The notes under the pieces were generated by a model that was given only the letters and a program-made list of their open reading frames with translations, made no database searches and was not told where the DNA came from. Positions 9,101 through 18,652 of a DNA stretch of 64,000 bases are shown piece after piece. The stretch is from Candidatus Woesearchaeota archaeon (GTDB lineage Archaea > Nanobdellota > Nanobdellia > Woesearchaeales > 0-14-0-80-44-23): contig JAVZCZ010000001.1 in assembly GCA_038874135.1 (NCBI GenBank), forward strand, positions 751,219-815,218, written 5' to 3'. The translations under genes and the position numbers were made by a program. Positions within the stretch are counted from its first letter, which is position 1. Each line of letters starts with the position of its first letter.

Positions 9101-9636
9101 AGTTGGGTGAGTATAATAGGTTGAATGGGGTGTTGGATGATTTGGAGTTTTGGATTGGCGAGTTGGAGCGTTTGGGTGTGGACGTGTTTGATTTGAGGTT
9201 GGAGTTGAAGTTGGCTTGGGATAAGTTGAGGGTTGGGGGGTTTGGGATGGTGGATGTTTATGTTGAGGGTTTGAGGCCTCGCGTGTTGGGCGAGTTTGAG
9301 CGTTTGGGGAGGCCTGTTCCTAAGCGTGAGGTTAAACGCCTTTCAGATGAGGAGCTGCAGAAGGAAAAGGAGATTGCTATGCAGGAACATGAGAAAGCAA
9401 AACAGCAGGAAGCAGGACAAACTTCACAAAATTCAGATTCCAAGACAGAAACTTCCCAAATTCAAAACACAAAAGTTGAAGAGCAGCCCAGCCAAAATGA
9501 AAAGGCCGAGAACCAAGAGAATGCAAAATCCTCAAATGAAAATAAAATTAAAAGAGTAAGGGAGGGTAAAAAGCAGAGGATGAGGAAATCAGCAAGTTCG
9601 GAAAAAAATAATAAAAAAAGAGGTGCTAAAAAATGA
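6094..9636 (+). CDS. Membrane-anchored HerA/FtsK-superfamily ATPase, paralog 2. Order: N-terminal TM, ~650-aa extracellular region with CarboxypepD_reg-like and Ig-like modules, TM, the identical ATPase domain, acidic/basic low-complexity tail.
   Basis: N-terminal TM is LYILLGILGVLLAVGVILLI. 'GRAIDNATGLPLENVTVNL...GYYTF' and 'GTVTDKDFGIPLYNVTVYVNG...ENYRTY' are carboxypeptidase-regulatory-like. The second TM is LWQLFIIIVFTSLMTFAGLMY followed by RKR. The ATPase domain is identical to the one in 3183..5564. Confidence 0.8.
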   Translation: MNKNPTFRILERDRQLERRRQQLYILLGILGVLLAVGVILLIRMFIGYAVLESRAGTITQLNIQLRYSTHIWAGFYGLAFRVPGYTEQQSAVAVGGTVFLQHLVFDCLKTTDGNIPEVYASTSRNIDWNSLQPATPDLIDSYLQVDPSDITSASNTFTETMSILLGDREITNIAATHTKKFGVPDSTDFDIGFLKDSLGNLVFVTHVTPTYTKGFNNQTINYQMLLPVQAGTAPVYYFFSDPYDECQAGLEALKNATIFGRAIDNATGLPLENVTVNLHTATVLTNSTGDYYIAIFNGTYTLVAFKPGYYTFVATNITLPADNLSTPQSENIVEFNISLIPNPGNPTGLGNLTGTVTDKDFGIPLYNVTVYVNGRIAKTNITGQYLLELPAGNHSLIAMKENYRTYYTPNVTILPGNTTEFNFSMEYAEPEIKETPGYPLNTFVSNLLKQAVQRPQIILTHKIDTKEIFETLKVGSYVQRSFNITSYRPAESKVEFEVIGSAAQLVKVDKSSSIIPPRGAENFTLTILANVPPGIYTGTFLIKGDLEDRIPIKIVVYEKDRLPIEALLLEVVPIKKIISPGELFEYKVSMTNLLRDTPYNITLSYNITSRSSNLTIPVEEETRLLETQLSYLKYYKLPKDLPEGEYFLETRAEFLELSTNTKSLFIVKKPIYMYALFGILPLWQLFIIIVFTSLMTFAGLMYRKRVLASRRYGVSVDLRSFPSSGRLVRLGKLAEYGRDFWFDLDGLTTHCIVAGATGGGKTVAAQVLVEEALKAGVAVVVFDPTAQWSGFLRPCSDKGMLSLYSGFGLRRSDARGFPGNVRQVLDAREVFDVRRFMRPGEIEILSLNRLRPEEIDVFVANTVRSVFDAGLDECRELRLLLVYDEVHRLLPRFGGSGEGFVQIERACREFRKWGVGVVLISQVLSDFVGEIKANINTEVQMRTRDEGDLERIRVKYGDAYLRGLVRASVGTGMFENPGYNGGRPFFVSFRPLLHSVVRLSDAELGEYNRLNGVLDDLEFWIGELERLGVDVFDLRLELKLAWDKLRVGGFGMVDVYVEGLRPRVLGEFERLGRPVPKREVKRLSDEELQKEKEIAMQEHEKAKQQEAGQTSQNSDSKTETSQIQNTKVEEQPSQNEKAENQENAKSSNENKIKRVREGKKQRMRKSASSEKNNKKRGAKK
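8201..9356 (+). repeat. ATPase cassette copy 2, identical to 4021-5176.
   Basis: Evidence is the same as for copy 1. It is in the same codon phase in its host ORF. Identity ends at ...gatgaggagct, followed by g at 9357 versus t at 5177. Confidence 0.95.
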
Positions 9637-10457
9637 AGTCAAAAAAATCAGTTAAGTATAGAGCGAGAGTTCACAATAAGGCTAACTCAAGCAAGAAAGA
9701 TTTGAGAAAAAAGAAGGTTCGCATTGAGAGAAAAAATAGCACTAAAACAATTAGTAAAGAAACATCACCTAAAAAATCCAAAGCTTACTTAAAAAAGCGA
9801 TTTGGCAAGATTGATAACAGAGTTATTAAAAATAAAAATAATAAAGTAAAACCAGGAGCTTTAAAGCACAGAAAAAAAGAGAAGAAGCAGAATGTTCAAA
9901 AAAGAAGAAAAGCAATGCAAAAAAAGCCAGCGCCTGAAAACGCAGCCGCAGCAACCAACCAAGTACAGACAAATACGACTTCAACAGCTCAGCAGGCAAA
10001 TTCTCAAATTGAAACACATTCAGATGTGGAAGCGCTTCAAAAAGAATACTCAGATATCAACAGCTATCTGGTTCAGCGAAGAAAAGCGGGAGTTGACACC
10101 TTCATACAGGAACTGAAACTTTTTTCAATACCGTCAAAAATTCAGCTTTTAAAGGCAGAATACTCAAAAGATTATGCTGACAAGATTAGAGTTCAACTTA
10201 ATGAGATTAGAGAAGAGTTAGAAAAAGCAGAACCTCAACCGACCCCCCTTGACCTTCCTAAAGTTCAGCCGAACCAGCCGAATCCATTCTCAGAGCAACA
10301 GCTCACAAGTCAGAATAATAATCATCCCTTAACGCAGGATGCAGAAAACTATTCAAAAGAACTAGCTGAGAAGCGCCTTTCAAATAAAATAAAAAATTCT
10401 CTGAGAAATGCTTCCAAAAAAGTTATGTCCATATTCAAAAAAGGAGGTGGAAATTAG
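9633..10457 (+). CDS. Highly basic Lys-rich protein of unknown function.
   Basis: Long ORF with an ATGA overlap onto the upstream stop and GAGGTG 7 nt upstream of the ATG. The K/R-rich N-terminal half has no recognisable motif. Confidence 0.55.
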   Translation: MKSKKSVKYRARVHNKANSSKKDLRKKKVRIERKNSTKTISKETSPKKSKAYLKKRFGKIDNRVIKNKNNKVKPGALKHRKKEKKQNVQKRRKAMQKKPAPENAAAATNQVQTNTTSTAQQANSQIETHSDVEALQKEYSDINSYLVQRRKAGVDTFIQELKLFSIPSKIQLLKAEYSKDYADKIRVQLNEIREELEKAEPQPTPLDLPKVQPNQPNPFSEQQLTSQNNNHPLTQDAENYSKELAEKRLSNKIKNSLRNASKKVMSIFKKGGGN

Positions 10458-11615
10458 ATGTTCAACCTTTTCAAACGGAAAAACTCTGAAGAAGTTCCCA
10501 ATCAACAATCAGCTAACGAAGATCTGACAGCTCCAGCACAAACCCAGCAAACTGCTACTACGCAAGGACAGGAAAACCTCGCTGCAGAATTAATGAAGAT
10601 TAAGGCAGAAGTGGAAGCATTTTCAGATGTAAGAAAAGCCACAAATGAGAAACTTACAAGACTAAGCGAGCAGATTGGAGAGCTAAGAGCAATGATTGCA
10701 GACAGAGACAAGGTGATGAATCAGATAGAGGTTAAAGCTACAAAGGCAGCAGATCTCGTAGCCACAGTTAAGCCTGAAGAGCAGATGGTAGAAATAAAGC
10801 GTCAGGATGCAAAACTTGAAGCGTTTAAAGCATCTCTGGAGAGCAATGAACTTTTGATGAAGAGAGTTTTAGACGAACTTAAAGAGATGAGAACAAAGAT
10901 AGCTTCCTTCCGCGGAATTGAGGAACTAATCAACCTTAACAATGAAGTAAAATCTGAAATAATTGAAATAAAAAAGGTTGAAGCAAACATACAAAAGCAT
11001 GCAGACAAGGTAGAAACGATATTTGCAGAGGTTCAGAAAAGATTCGTTGACTTTACAAAAATTGATGATAGGATAGCATCCAACACGAAGCAAATAGCAG
11101 AGCTATCAAAGAACTTGGACGGAGTGAAGGCAACTGCCTCGGCAGCAGCCACAAAAAAGAGTGTAGATGAACTAACTTCCAAATTCTTAGAAATGAAAGA
11201 CCAACTCTCAGAACTGGTTTCAACAATAAACAAGCGCCTCTCCTTAGTGGAGAAGAACAATTCTGCAGCATTTGAAGCTTTTGAAAAAGCGATAATGCAC
11301 AAGTTTAAACTTTCAAAAGAGGAAGTAGCTGTATTTAAAGAGCAAGTACAGCAGAATCAGCAAGCCCAGCCAACTCAGCAAATATCCCAGCCGCAGGATG
11401 TCTCTCAAAAGAGCAATACTCAAGAGCAAAATCTTCAGACCAGTGAAGCACCCGAAGCTCTACCACAGCCGCAAGCCTCTCAGCAGGTTCAGCAGCCGCA
11501 GAGTGAGCCAAATGAGCAAGACTCAAAAAAGCCTGACAGCAGCATTCAGAAAGAGATAAGAGAAGCAGCCAAGTTTGCTAAAAGGATAAAAAGCAAAAAA
11601 AGAAAGAAGAAATGA
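10458..11615 (+). CDS. Coiled-coil protein with Gln/Pro-rich termini, unknown function.
   Basis: The ATG follows the upstream TAG directly, and GGAGGTGG lies upstream. Heptad-like E/K/L-rich sequence covers most of its length. The C-terminal tail is basic (KRIKSKKRKKK). Confidence 0.55.
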   Translation: MFNLFKRKNSEEVPNQQSANEDLTAPAQTQQTATTQGQENLAAELMKIKAEVEAFSDVRKATNEKLTRLSEQIGELRAMIADRDKVMNQIEVKATKAADLVATVKPEEQMVEIKRQDAKLEAFKASLESNELLMKRVLDELKEMRTKIASFRGIEELINLNNEVKSEIIEIKKVEANIQKHADKVETIFAEVQKRFVDFTKIDDRIASNTKQIAELSKNLDGVKATASAAATKKSVDELTSKFLEMKDQLSELVSTINKRLSLVEKNNSAAFEAFEKAIMHKFKLSKEEVAVFKEQVQQNQQAQPTQQISQPQDVSQKSNTQEQNLQTSEAPEALPQPQASQQVQQPQSEPNEQDSKKPDSSIQKEIREAAKFAKRIKSKKRKKK

Positions 11616-14600
11616 ATAGCTCCAAATTTTTCAAACTAATAATTTTAGGGTTTATAATAGTGGTAGGTCTCCTAAGCCAGTCAAAAGCAGACAGCATCCA
11701 AGCAGTATATGGCAATACTCAACTCATACTCACAGACAAGCCGCAGTACACTTTGGGAGAAAGTGTAAAGATAAACATACTAATCCCAACACAACTGCTT
11801 TCAGGAATGAATGTTGAAATAGATACCCCTGCTAGCAGATACCAACTTCTTGATTCAAATCTTTCAGAAGTATACTTCACTCCACAGCAAGAGGGAAACT
11901 ATACTATTAAAATATCTTCAGCAGCTGGGAATTTAATATCATCAACTTCTTTTTTAGTACTAAGAAAATCTGAAGTTGAAATTCCCTCATCAGATAGCAC
12001 CAGCCCCAAATTGTCTGCAAAAAACTGGAAGGGAAATTATCAAAAAATACTAAGACAGGAATACCTACCTGCCAACAAGAAGCTTTCAATAGAATTCTCA
12101 GAACTTTCAATACAGAAGATTGATTTTTACAATGTTTCAAATCCGAATGGAGAACTGAAAATAGAAGATGTGCCTCTATCTTATGTTGAAAACTTTTCAG
12201 GAAGAGCAGCGCGCTCATTTGCAATAGACCCAACTTTATTAGAATTTACTTATGCTGAAATTTACTTTACTGCAACTGCCAACGAGCTGTGGAAGTGCCG
12301 CGAATACGACTTCTCAACTAGAAGCTGCGCGGGAAGATATGTAAAAATAATGGACACCATTCCGGGCAGGCAGTATATCTTACACCTCACCAAAGAGGAT
12401 CCTCTCTACACAGAAGTATGGAACAATATAACCTGCACCTGCCAGAATACAGGCCCAAATAACGGCTGGGCATACTGCGAGGTATTCTGTCCGGTCAACA
12501 TTCCAATACCAACAGACGCTTTAGATGGATTCATTCAGATACTAGGCTATAATGTCACCATCACTACATCCTACCCGGCAGGCGGGTACATCACGCCTAA
12601 TTCTGGAATGCACTACGGCTTCTTTGATAGGGACCAGCTGAAAAGCAACGGAAACGAATCCCTAATAGGCTATGTGGCTTATGATGGCCCCGGAACAACC
12701 ACTCAGCTCATATACAACACCAGCATGGCACCGTCTGGAGCATATGCATTTAACAGGGCAAACTGCCCGACTTGGACCTCAGGATACTGCACCTGGTATG
12801 TATTTCTCAACTCAACTGCAAAGAGCAGCAAGGTTAAAAGGCCTGTGACTGTTAATATAACTCTTAATAGCATAAACTGGACTTGGAATTATACAACCCC
12901 TGCGCCTTCAAACATTACAATAAACCTTACAAGTCCAGCAGACAATACTGCCCTCGGATTTAGAAATGTGAATTTTTCCTATATTCCCATTTCAAGTTCT
13001 CCAGTTTCAAACTGCAGCCTTTTTATAAACATTACAGGTAGTTGGAATGCAGTTGCCACAAGCTACTCAATACAAAATAATTCTGTCAACAGTATAAATT
13101 ATACTCTTTCTAACGATGGCGAATACCTCTGGAATATCAGGTGTTATGCTGGAGACATCAGCAGTTTTGCACTATACAACAGAACTCTAATAGTTGATAC
13201 CGCACCCCCTTCAGTCACACTTCTTTCTCCTAACAATAACTCATTTTCTAACACATCTATAATCTCTTTCATTTACAATGTGAGTGACAACTTTAACATT
13301 GCTAACTGCTCATTAATACTGGACAATGTTCTAGTTGCAACTTCATACGCAGTTACTAAATATGTCCCGCAGAATATTACCTACGCGTTATCTAATGGCG
13401 TCCACAACTGGAGCATAACTTGTTTTGACTTTGCAGGCAATTTTAACATTTCCGAAAGTAGGATCATAAATATATCCGCAGTACCTACCATCTGGGACAG
13501 AAGGTGGTATGAAACTTCAACATCAGATTATACCTCTACAGCAAACATTTCTCTCGCAAATTTAAGGGACTCAACAGAAAATTCCATATCCGTTTCAGTT
13601 CCAGTTTCAACATCTTACACCCTTGTAGATGCGATTTCTCCATACATTGGAAGCAACGGGGCATTCGTTCCCAAAGGCACAAATGTATCTTTCAGCGGAG
13701 AATTCTCTACCAGCCCAAATGCAAAGGGAGTTATAAGCTGGTTCTTATACCAGACTGAGGGTTCAACAAAAAACCTTCTCTGTAATTACGGAAATGGCGG
13801 CTCGCTAGGCGCACCCATCTCATCAACAACAACTGCAAGCTGCACTATACAAAATGACACTCTAATGCTCCCAACAAATAGATTACAACTTATTATAATC
13901 TACTATAACAATTTCAAAAATTTAGTGTCTGTAACCCACTATTGGGATGGCACTAGGCTCTCGTTCGTTGAATTTTCAAACTTTACTACCTTAGGAACAT
14001 TAAGCGTTGACCTCTCCTATCCAGACACGGATATAACAGTGGGCCAGAACGAACTGTTCAATATGAGCTGCACAGTTAACTGCTCAGGAGGAAGCTGTCT
14101 TAACACACTCGTCTATGCACAGTATAACACGAGCTCAACGGCATTCACCAACATAGGAAGCTCCGGAAATCTCATTCTTAACACTGGAGAGACAAATCCC
14201 CATTCTCTCGGGAATATCAACCAGAGCTACACTACAACATTCTTAATAAAAGGAAACCTTGCATCAACAAACAACATAAGATGCGTAGCAGTTTCAAACT
14301 ATTCAAACGCTACAGGCCAGATTATAAGAAGGGTAGTTGTGGGGGACACTACGCCTCCAACAGTAAGTCTTGGAAATCCAGCAAACTTTTCTTGGCTGAA
14401 GAGTAAAACAGTAACAATCTATTACACGCCCTCAGACAACAGCGGAATTACTAACTGTTCAATATACTTGAATGATATTTTGAATTATACTCTTAATTCA
14501 GTTCCGAACGGGATTGAGCAGAACTTCACATTCCATAATCTTTCAGACGGACTTTACAATTGGACTGTAGCATGTACTGACAATTCGGCACTAACTACCA

Positions 14601-17600
14601 GGGCAGCTGAAAAATGGTTCTATATAGACACACAGAATCCCTCAGTAGAATTGCACCAGCCGGAAAACTTCATAGTTCTAGGAAGCAGCCTTGTGTTGTT
14701 CAACTTCACTGCATATGACGAAATGGCTTTCAACCTATCATGTAACCTGACAGCTGATAATATAATCAGAATTTCCGGCATAAACTCTCTAAACAGTACA
14801 CCTACAATAGTTAATTACACCCTTTCTATGGGGCAGCACTACTGGAATGTCACCTGTAGAGACCTTGCAGGAAACATTAACACGAGCGAGACTAGAACAT
14901 TTAATATAACAAACACTCCTCCTGAAGTTACCCTCATCTCCCCTCCTAACAACTACTGGGATAGAATAGGCAACATAACATTCATATTTAATGCCACAGA
15001 CACAGGCCTAATTTCAAACTGCTCACTAATAATAAATGGCCAGCTGAACCAGACTAAAAATTCAACTTTCTTAACTAACGGCATAAACAACTTTACTATT
15101 CTAAATATGGAATCGGGAGTTTATCTTTGGGAAGTAAACTGTACTGATGAGGGAAACCTGAGCACAATAGCAGGACCTTTCACGCTAAATGTTGATAAGA
15201 GCGTACCTTCTGTTCAGCTCGTATTCCCATCAAACTACTACAACTCCTCAGCTTCCTCTATTGTTCTGCAATTCATAACTACAGATGCTCATTCAGCAAA
15301 CCTCTCCTGCAACTTAACAATTGATGGCATTCTAAATTCAACAGACATAATAGCCCAAAATAATAGTTTAGTCTCACAGCCCATAACCTTCTATGATGGA
15401 ATTCACAATTGGAGTGTCTCCTGCTCTGATCTTGCTGGAAACCTGAATTCTACAAACACCTGGTATTTCAACATTTCAGAAAAACCTTCAGTATCGCTAA
15501 GCAGTCCTGCACCTAACGCCTGGACTAATGGTAATGTCACTTTCACATTTACAGCGTCTGACAATGACGGGCTTTACAACTGCTCTTTATTAATAAATGG
15601 AGCAGTCTATCAAACAAAGAATTCATCGCAACTTACAAATGGCGGACAGAACAACTTCACTGTAACAAATTTGCTTGAAGGAATAAACCAGCAGTGGACA
15701 GTAATCTGCTTTGATTTGGGAATATACAAGAACTTCTACTCACCATCTACAAGAATATTCCATGTGGATAAAACGCCTCCAGCAATAACTCTTAACTACC
15801 CTGCTGATTCAGCTCAGATAAAACAGAAGAATGTCAGCTTTAATTTCAGCGCCTCAGATAACTTCGCTTCTAACCTCTATTGCAACCTGTCCATAAACGG
15901 CCAGATTAACACTTCTGAAATAGCTGTTCAGTCAGGAAGTTCAGTTATCGTGAATGTTTCAGGATTTCCTAACGGTTTATACTACTGGAATGTCTCCTGT
16001 AGGGATTATGCTTACAATGTGAACTGGAGCGAGACAAATTCTTTTAATGTTTCAGTTCCTCCAGAGGTGTTTTTAGAATACCCCCTTGAAGGGCAGTGGG
16101 ACAATTCTGAGAATGTAACATTTTATTACTTAGTAACATCAAATGCAGAGTTACAGTCATGTTCTCTCATAATTAACGGGCAGTTAAATCAGACTGACAA
16201 TTCTCCAGTTAGTTCAGCATACAACAATTTTACCATTTTCCTAATGCCTGAAGGCTATTACACTTGGATGGTAAACTGCACTGATTCATATTGGCTAACC
16301 GGTTCTTCAAATTTGAGGAACCTCACCATTGACAGACAAGCTCCTTGGATAGTGCTAAATTCTCCTTCTAATTCTTCAATTGTTGACTCTAACTATGTAA
16401 CATTTAACTGGACTGCTTTTGACATGATGGCAGATAATATAAGCTGTGACCTATACGTAGATGATTATTTAAGAGAATCAGAAATATATTCTAAAAATGG
16501 AACACCTACCACTAGAACATACATATACTCTGACGGCACCTACTATTGGAATGTTTCATGTCGCGACCCTGCCTATAACATTAATTGGAGCCAAACTTAT
16601 AATTTCACTGTTGAGGCACCTCCAAATGTCACTCTCATAAGTCCTTCTAACTATAACTGGAGCACCGCTTATAGTATAACTTTTGCTTACTTACCTCAAG
16701 ACCCAATAGGGATAAGACAATGCACACTCTACTTTGATGGAAGCCCTAATCAGACTGATTACGACATAGAAGCTAACCAGCTGAATTATTTCACTATAAA
16801 TCCTATAAGTGAGGGAGTTCATACTTGGAGTGTTAACTGCACTGATTCAGATTGGAATACTTACATGCCGCCAGCCTTTACTCTTTATATTGACCGCACC
16901 CCGCCAACAATTGTTATAGAATCTCCTGTCAACCTGTCTGTTTTTTCAATTCCAGATGTAACCTTCAACTTTACTGCGATTGACATGTTATCAGATAATA
17001 TTTCGTGCAAAATAACTATAAATGGTAATTTGAACAGAACTATAACAGTACAGAATGATACTCCTTACAATTTCACGATTGTAAAAATGTCAGATAATAT
17101 CTATTATTGGAATGTGTCCTGCTCAGATTTAGCCGGAAATGCAAATGCTAGCAACACCATGCAGTTTACTGTAAGCGCTATTCCTTCAATAATTCCCATA
17201 TCGCCTGCCAACTTAAGTTGGAGTGAAGTATCACAGATAACATTTTACTTTAATGCAACCGACAACGATGGGCTTTCTAATTGCACTTTACTAATTAATG
17301 GTGTAGCAAATCAGACAAAATCTTCAGGTTTAATAAATGGTGGCATAAACAATATCACTTCTACTCTTACTGAAGGAGAATATGATTGGAGTATCGCTTG
17401 TACAGATTCGGGCATATTCTATAATCTCAACTTGTCCGCTCCTCAAAAGATTTTTGTTGATCTAAATTCCCCGCTGATTGTTCTTTACGCCCCTCTCAGC
17501 GGTAGCATTACTGAAAATAATTCTCCAGTTCTAAATTTTACTGCTTCAGACACGATGTACCCAATTATGTATTGCAACATTACTCTTGACGGAAAATTGA

Positions 17601-18652
17601 AACAATCTTATATTGAATTATATAACAACACACCTTATGCAGAAGCTACCTATAATTTATCTGCAGGAACTCATTACTGGAATGTTAGCTGCTGGGACTA
17701 TGTAAACCATACGGGCTTTAGCGAAACCTGGAACTTTACAGTTCCACTGCCAGACATCACAGTTTCAGCAATTGAATTCATTTATAATACCACAAACCCA
17801 GAAGAAGGCAAACAGCTGATGATAAATGCAACTGTAGAAAATTTAGGGAAGTCCAATGCAAACAATTTCTTAGTGCAATTCTTTGACGGAAATCCCGAAG
17901 ATGGGGGAATTCAGATTGGAAACAATATAACAATGAGTTTACAGCCGCTATCTGCTTCATACGCAATTATGAATTGGACTGCCTCCTTGGGAACTCACAA
18001 TATATTCGTGCTAGTAGATCCTCCAATAGCAACCAATGGAACGGTACAAGAAGAAAATGAGAGTAACAACATAGCTAATAAAACAATACTCATACAAAGT
18101 TGGCATTTCATCTACGGTAACCTTAGCGGAGAATTAGGACTTAGCAGCCAGCTCTATTCGCTGTTATTCCTCTGGAATGTTAGCGACGCCAACAATAGTA
18201 ATATATTTGCAGTTGACTCTGACAGCAATATTGATTGGGGAAGTCTAAAACCATTAGGATTGGATGTGAATAATCAAGCATCTCCCTACGACTTTTCAGT
18301 TCTAGACCAAAAACTAGGTATGTCAAATTATGAAGATTCAATAAACTCAACTTACACCGAGGGAGAATCTCCCAAAATGACAGAAACATTTACAATATAC
18401 GGAAAGCAGATAGAAAATGTTCCGGTAGCATATTCAATTAACAGCTCCAATTTTAAAACAGGAATACTGTGGGACACTTCCGATGGGAACACATACTTTA
18501 ACGGAACTCAGGATGTAGTTTTTGTAACTAAAACCAATATGAACGCACAGGGCAGTTTTGATCAGACAGACTACGAAATGCGCATCCCATCTAACTTGAA
18601 AAATTATATTGGCTCAAATCCAACAGTAGCATTATACTTAGAGATAAGATGA
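11612..18652 (+). CDS. Giant (2346 aa) secreted/surface protein with 14 Ig-like modules, a CARDB-like domain and a conserved C-terminal domain.
   Basis: The start makes an ATGA overlap with the upstream gene. The N-terminal hydrophobic signal is FFKLIILGFIIVVGLL. There are 14 modules of ~95 aa, each ending in a W-x-[VI]-x-C-x-D-x-AGN-like motif (e.g. YWNVTCRDLAGNINTSE). 'PDITVSAIEF...NLGKSNANNFLVQFFDG...ENESNN' is CARDB-like. N-x-S/T sequons are extremely dense. Confidence 0.85.
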   Translation: MNSSKFFKLIILGFIIVVGLLSQSKADSIQAVYGNTQLILTDKPQYTLGESVKINILIPTQLLSGMNVEIDTPASRYQLLDSNLSEVYFTPQQEGNYTIKISSAAGNLISSTSFLVLRKSEVEIPSSDSTSPKLSAKNWKGNYQKILRQEYLPANKKLSIEFSELSIQKIDFYNVSNPNGELKIEDVPLSYVENFSGRAARSFAIDPTLLEFTYAEIYFTATANELWKCREYDFSTRSCAGRYVKIMDTIPGRQYILHLTKEDPLYTEVWNNITCTCQNTGPNNGWAYCEVFCPVNIPIPTDALDGFIQILGYNVTITTSYPAGGYITPNSGMHYGFFDRDQLKSNGNESLIGYVAYDGPGTTTQLIYNTSMAPSGAYAFNRANCPTWTSGYCTWYVFLNSTAKSSKVKRPVTVNITLNSINWTWNYTTPAPSNITINLTSPADNTALGFRNVNFSYIPISSSPVSNCSLFINITGSWNAVATSYSIQNNSVNSINYTLSNDGEYLWNIRCYAGDISSFALYNRTLIVDTAPPSVTLLSPNNNSFSNTSIISFIYNVSDNFNIANCSLILDNVLVATSYAVTKYVPQNITYALSNGVHNWSITCFDFAGNFNISESRIINISAVPTIWDRRWYETSTSDYTSTANISLANLRDSTENSISVSVPVSTSYTLVDAISPYIGSNGAFVPKGTNVSFSGEFSTSPNAKGVISWFLYQTEGSTKNLLCNYGNGGSLGAPISSTTTASCTIQNDTLMLPTNRLQLIIIYYNNFKNLVSVTHYWDGTRLSFVEFSNFTTLGTLSVDLSYPDTDITVGQNELFNMSCTVNCSGGSCLNTLVYAQYNTSSTAFTNIGSSGNLILNTGETNPHSLGNINQSYTTTFLIKGNLASTNNIRCVAVSNYSNATGQIIRRVVVGDTTPPTVSLGNPANFSWLKSKTVTIYYTPSDNSGITNCSIYLNDILNYTLNSVPNGIEQNFTFHNLSDGLYNWTVACTDNSALTTRAAEKWFYIDTQNPSVELHQPENFIVLGSSLVLFNFTAYDEMAFNLSCNLTADNIIRISGINSLNSTPTIVNYTLSMGQHYWNVTCRDLAGNINTSETRTFNITNTPPEVTLISPPNNYWDRIGNITFIFNATDTGLISNCSLIINGQLNQTKNSTFLTNGINNFTILNMESGVYLWEVNCTDEGNLSTIAGPFTLNVDKSVPSVQLVFPSNYYNSSASSIVLQFITTDAHSANLSCNLTIDGILNSTDIIAQNNSLVSQPITFYDGIHNWSVSCSDLAGNLNSTNTWYFNISEKPSVSLSSPAPNAWTNGNVTFTFTASDNDGLYNCSLLINGAVYQTKNSSQLTNGGQNNFTVTNLLEGINQQWTVICFDLGIYKNFYSPSTRIFHVDKTPPAITLNYPADSAQIKQKNVSFNFSASDNFASNLYCNLSINGQINTSEIAVQSGSSVIVNVSGFPNGLYYWNVSCRDYAYNVNWSETNSFNVSVPPEVFLEYPLEGQWDNSENVTFYYLVTSNAELQSCSLIINGQLNQTDNSPVSSAYNNFTIFLMPEGYYTWMVNCTDSYWLTGSSNLRNLTIDRQAPWIVLNSPSNSSIVDSNYVTFNWTAFDMMADNISCDLYVDDYLRESEIYSKNGTPTTRTYIYSDGTYYWNVSCRDPAYNINWSQTYNFTVEAPPNVTLISPSNYNWSTAYSITFAYLPQDPIGIRQCTLYFDGSPNQTDYDIEANQLNYFTINPISEGVHTWSVNCTDSDWNTYMPPAFTLYIDRTPPTIVIESPVNLSVFSIPDVTFNFTAIDMLSDNISCKITINGNLNRTITVQNDTPYNFTIVKMSDNIYYWNVSCSDLAGNANASNTMQFTVSAIPSIIPISPANLSWSEVSQITFYFNATDNDGLSNCTLLINGVANQTKSSGLINGGINNITSTLTEGEYDWSIACTDSGIFYNLNLSAPQKIFVDLNSPLIVLYAPLSGSITENNSPVLNFTASDTMYPIMYCNITLDGKLKQSYIELYNNTPYAEATYNLSAGTHYWNVSCWDYVNHTGFSETWNFTVPLPDITVSAIEFIYNTTNPEEGKQLMINATVENLGKSNANNFLVQFFDGNPEDGGIQIGNNITMSLQPLSASYAIMNWTASLGTHNIFVLVDPPIATNGTVQEENESNNIANKTILIQSWHFIYGNLSGELGLSSQLYSLLFLWNVSDANNSNIFAVDSDSNIDWGSLKPLGLDVNNQASPYDFSVLDQKLGMSNYEDSINSTYTEGESPKMTETFTIYGKQIENVPVAYSINSSNFKTGILWDTSDGNTYFNGTQDVVFVTKTNMNAQGSFDQTDYEMRIPSNLKNYIGSNPTVALYLEIR

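Noticed and set aside
4021-9356. The repeated blocks could be insertion sequences or transposons.
   Set aside because: There is no transposase, no terminal inverted repeat and no target-site duplication. The blocks are in-frame domain-encoding parts of larger genes.
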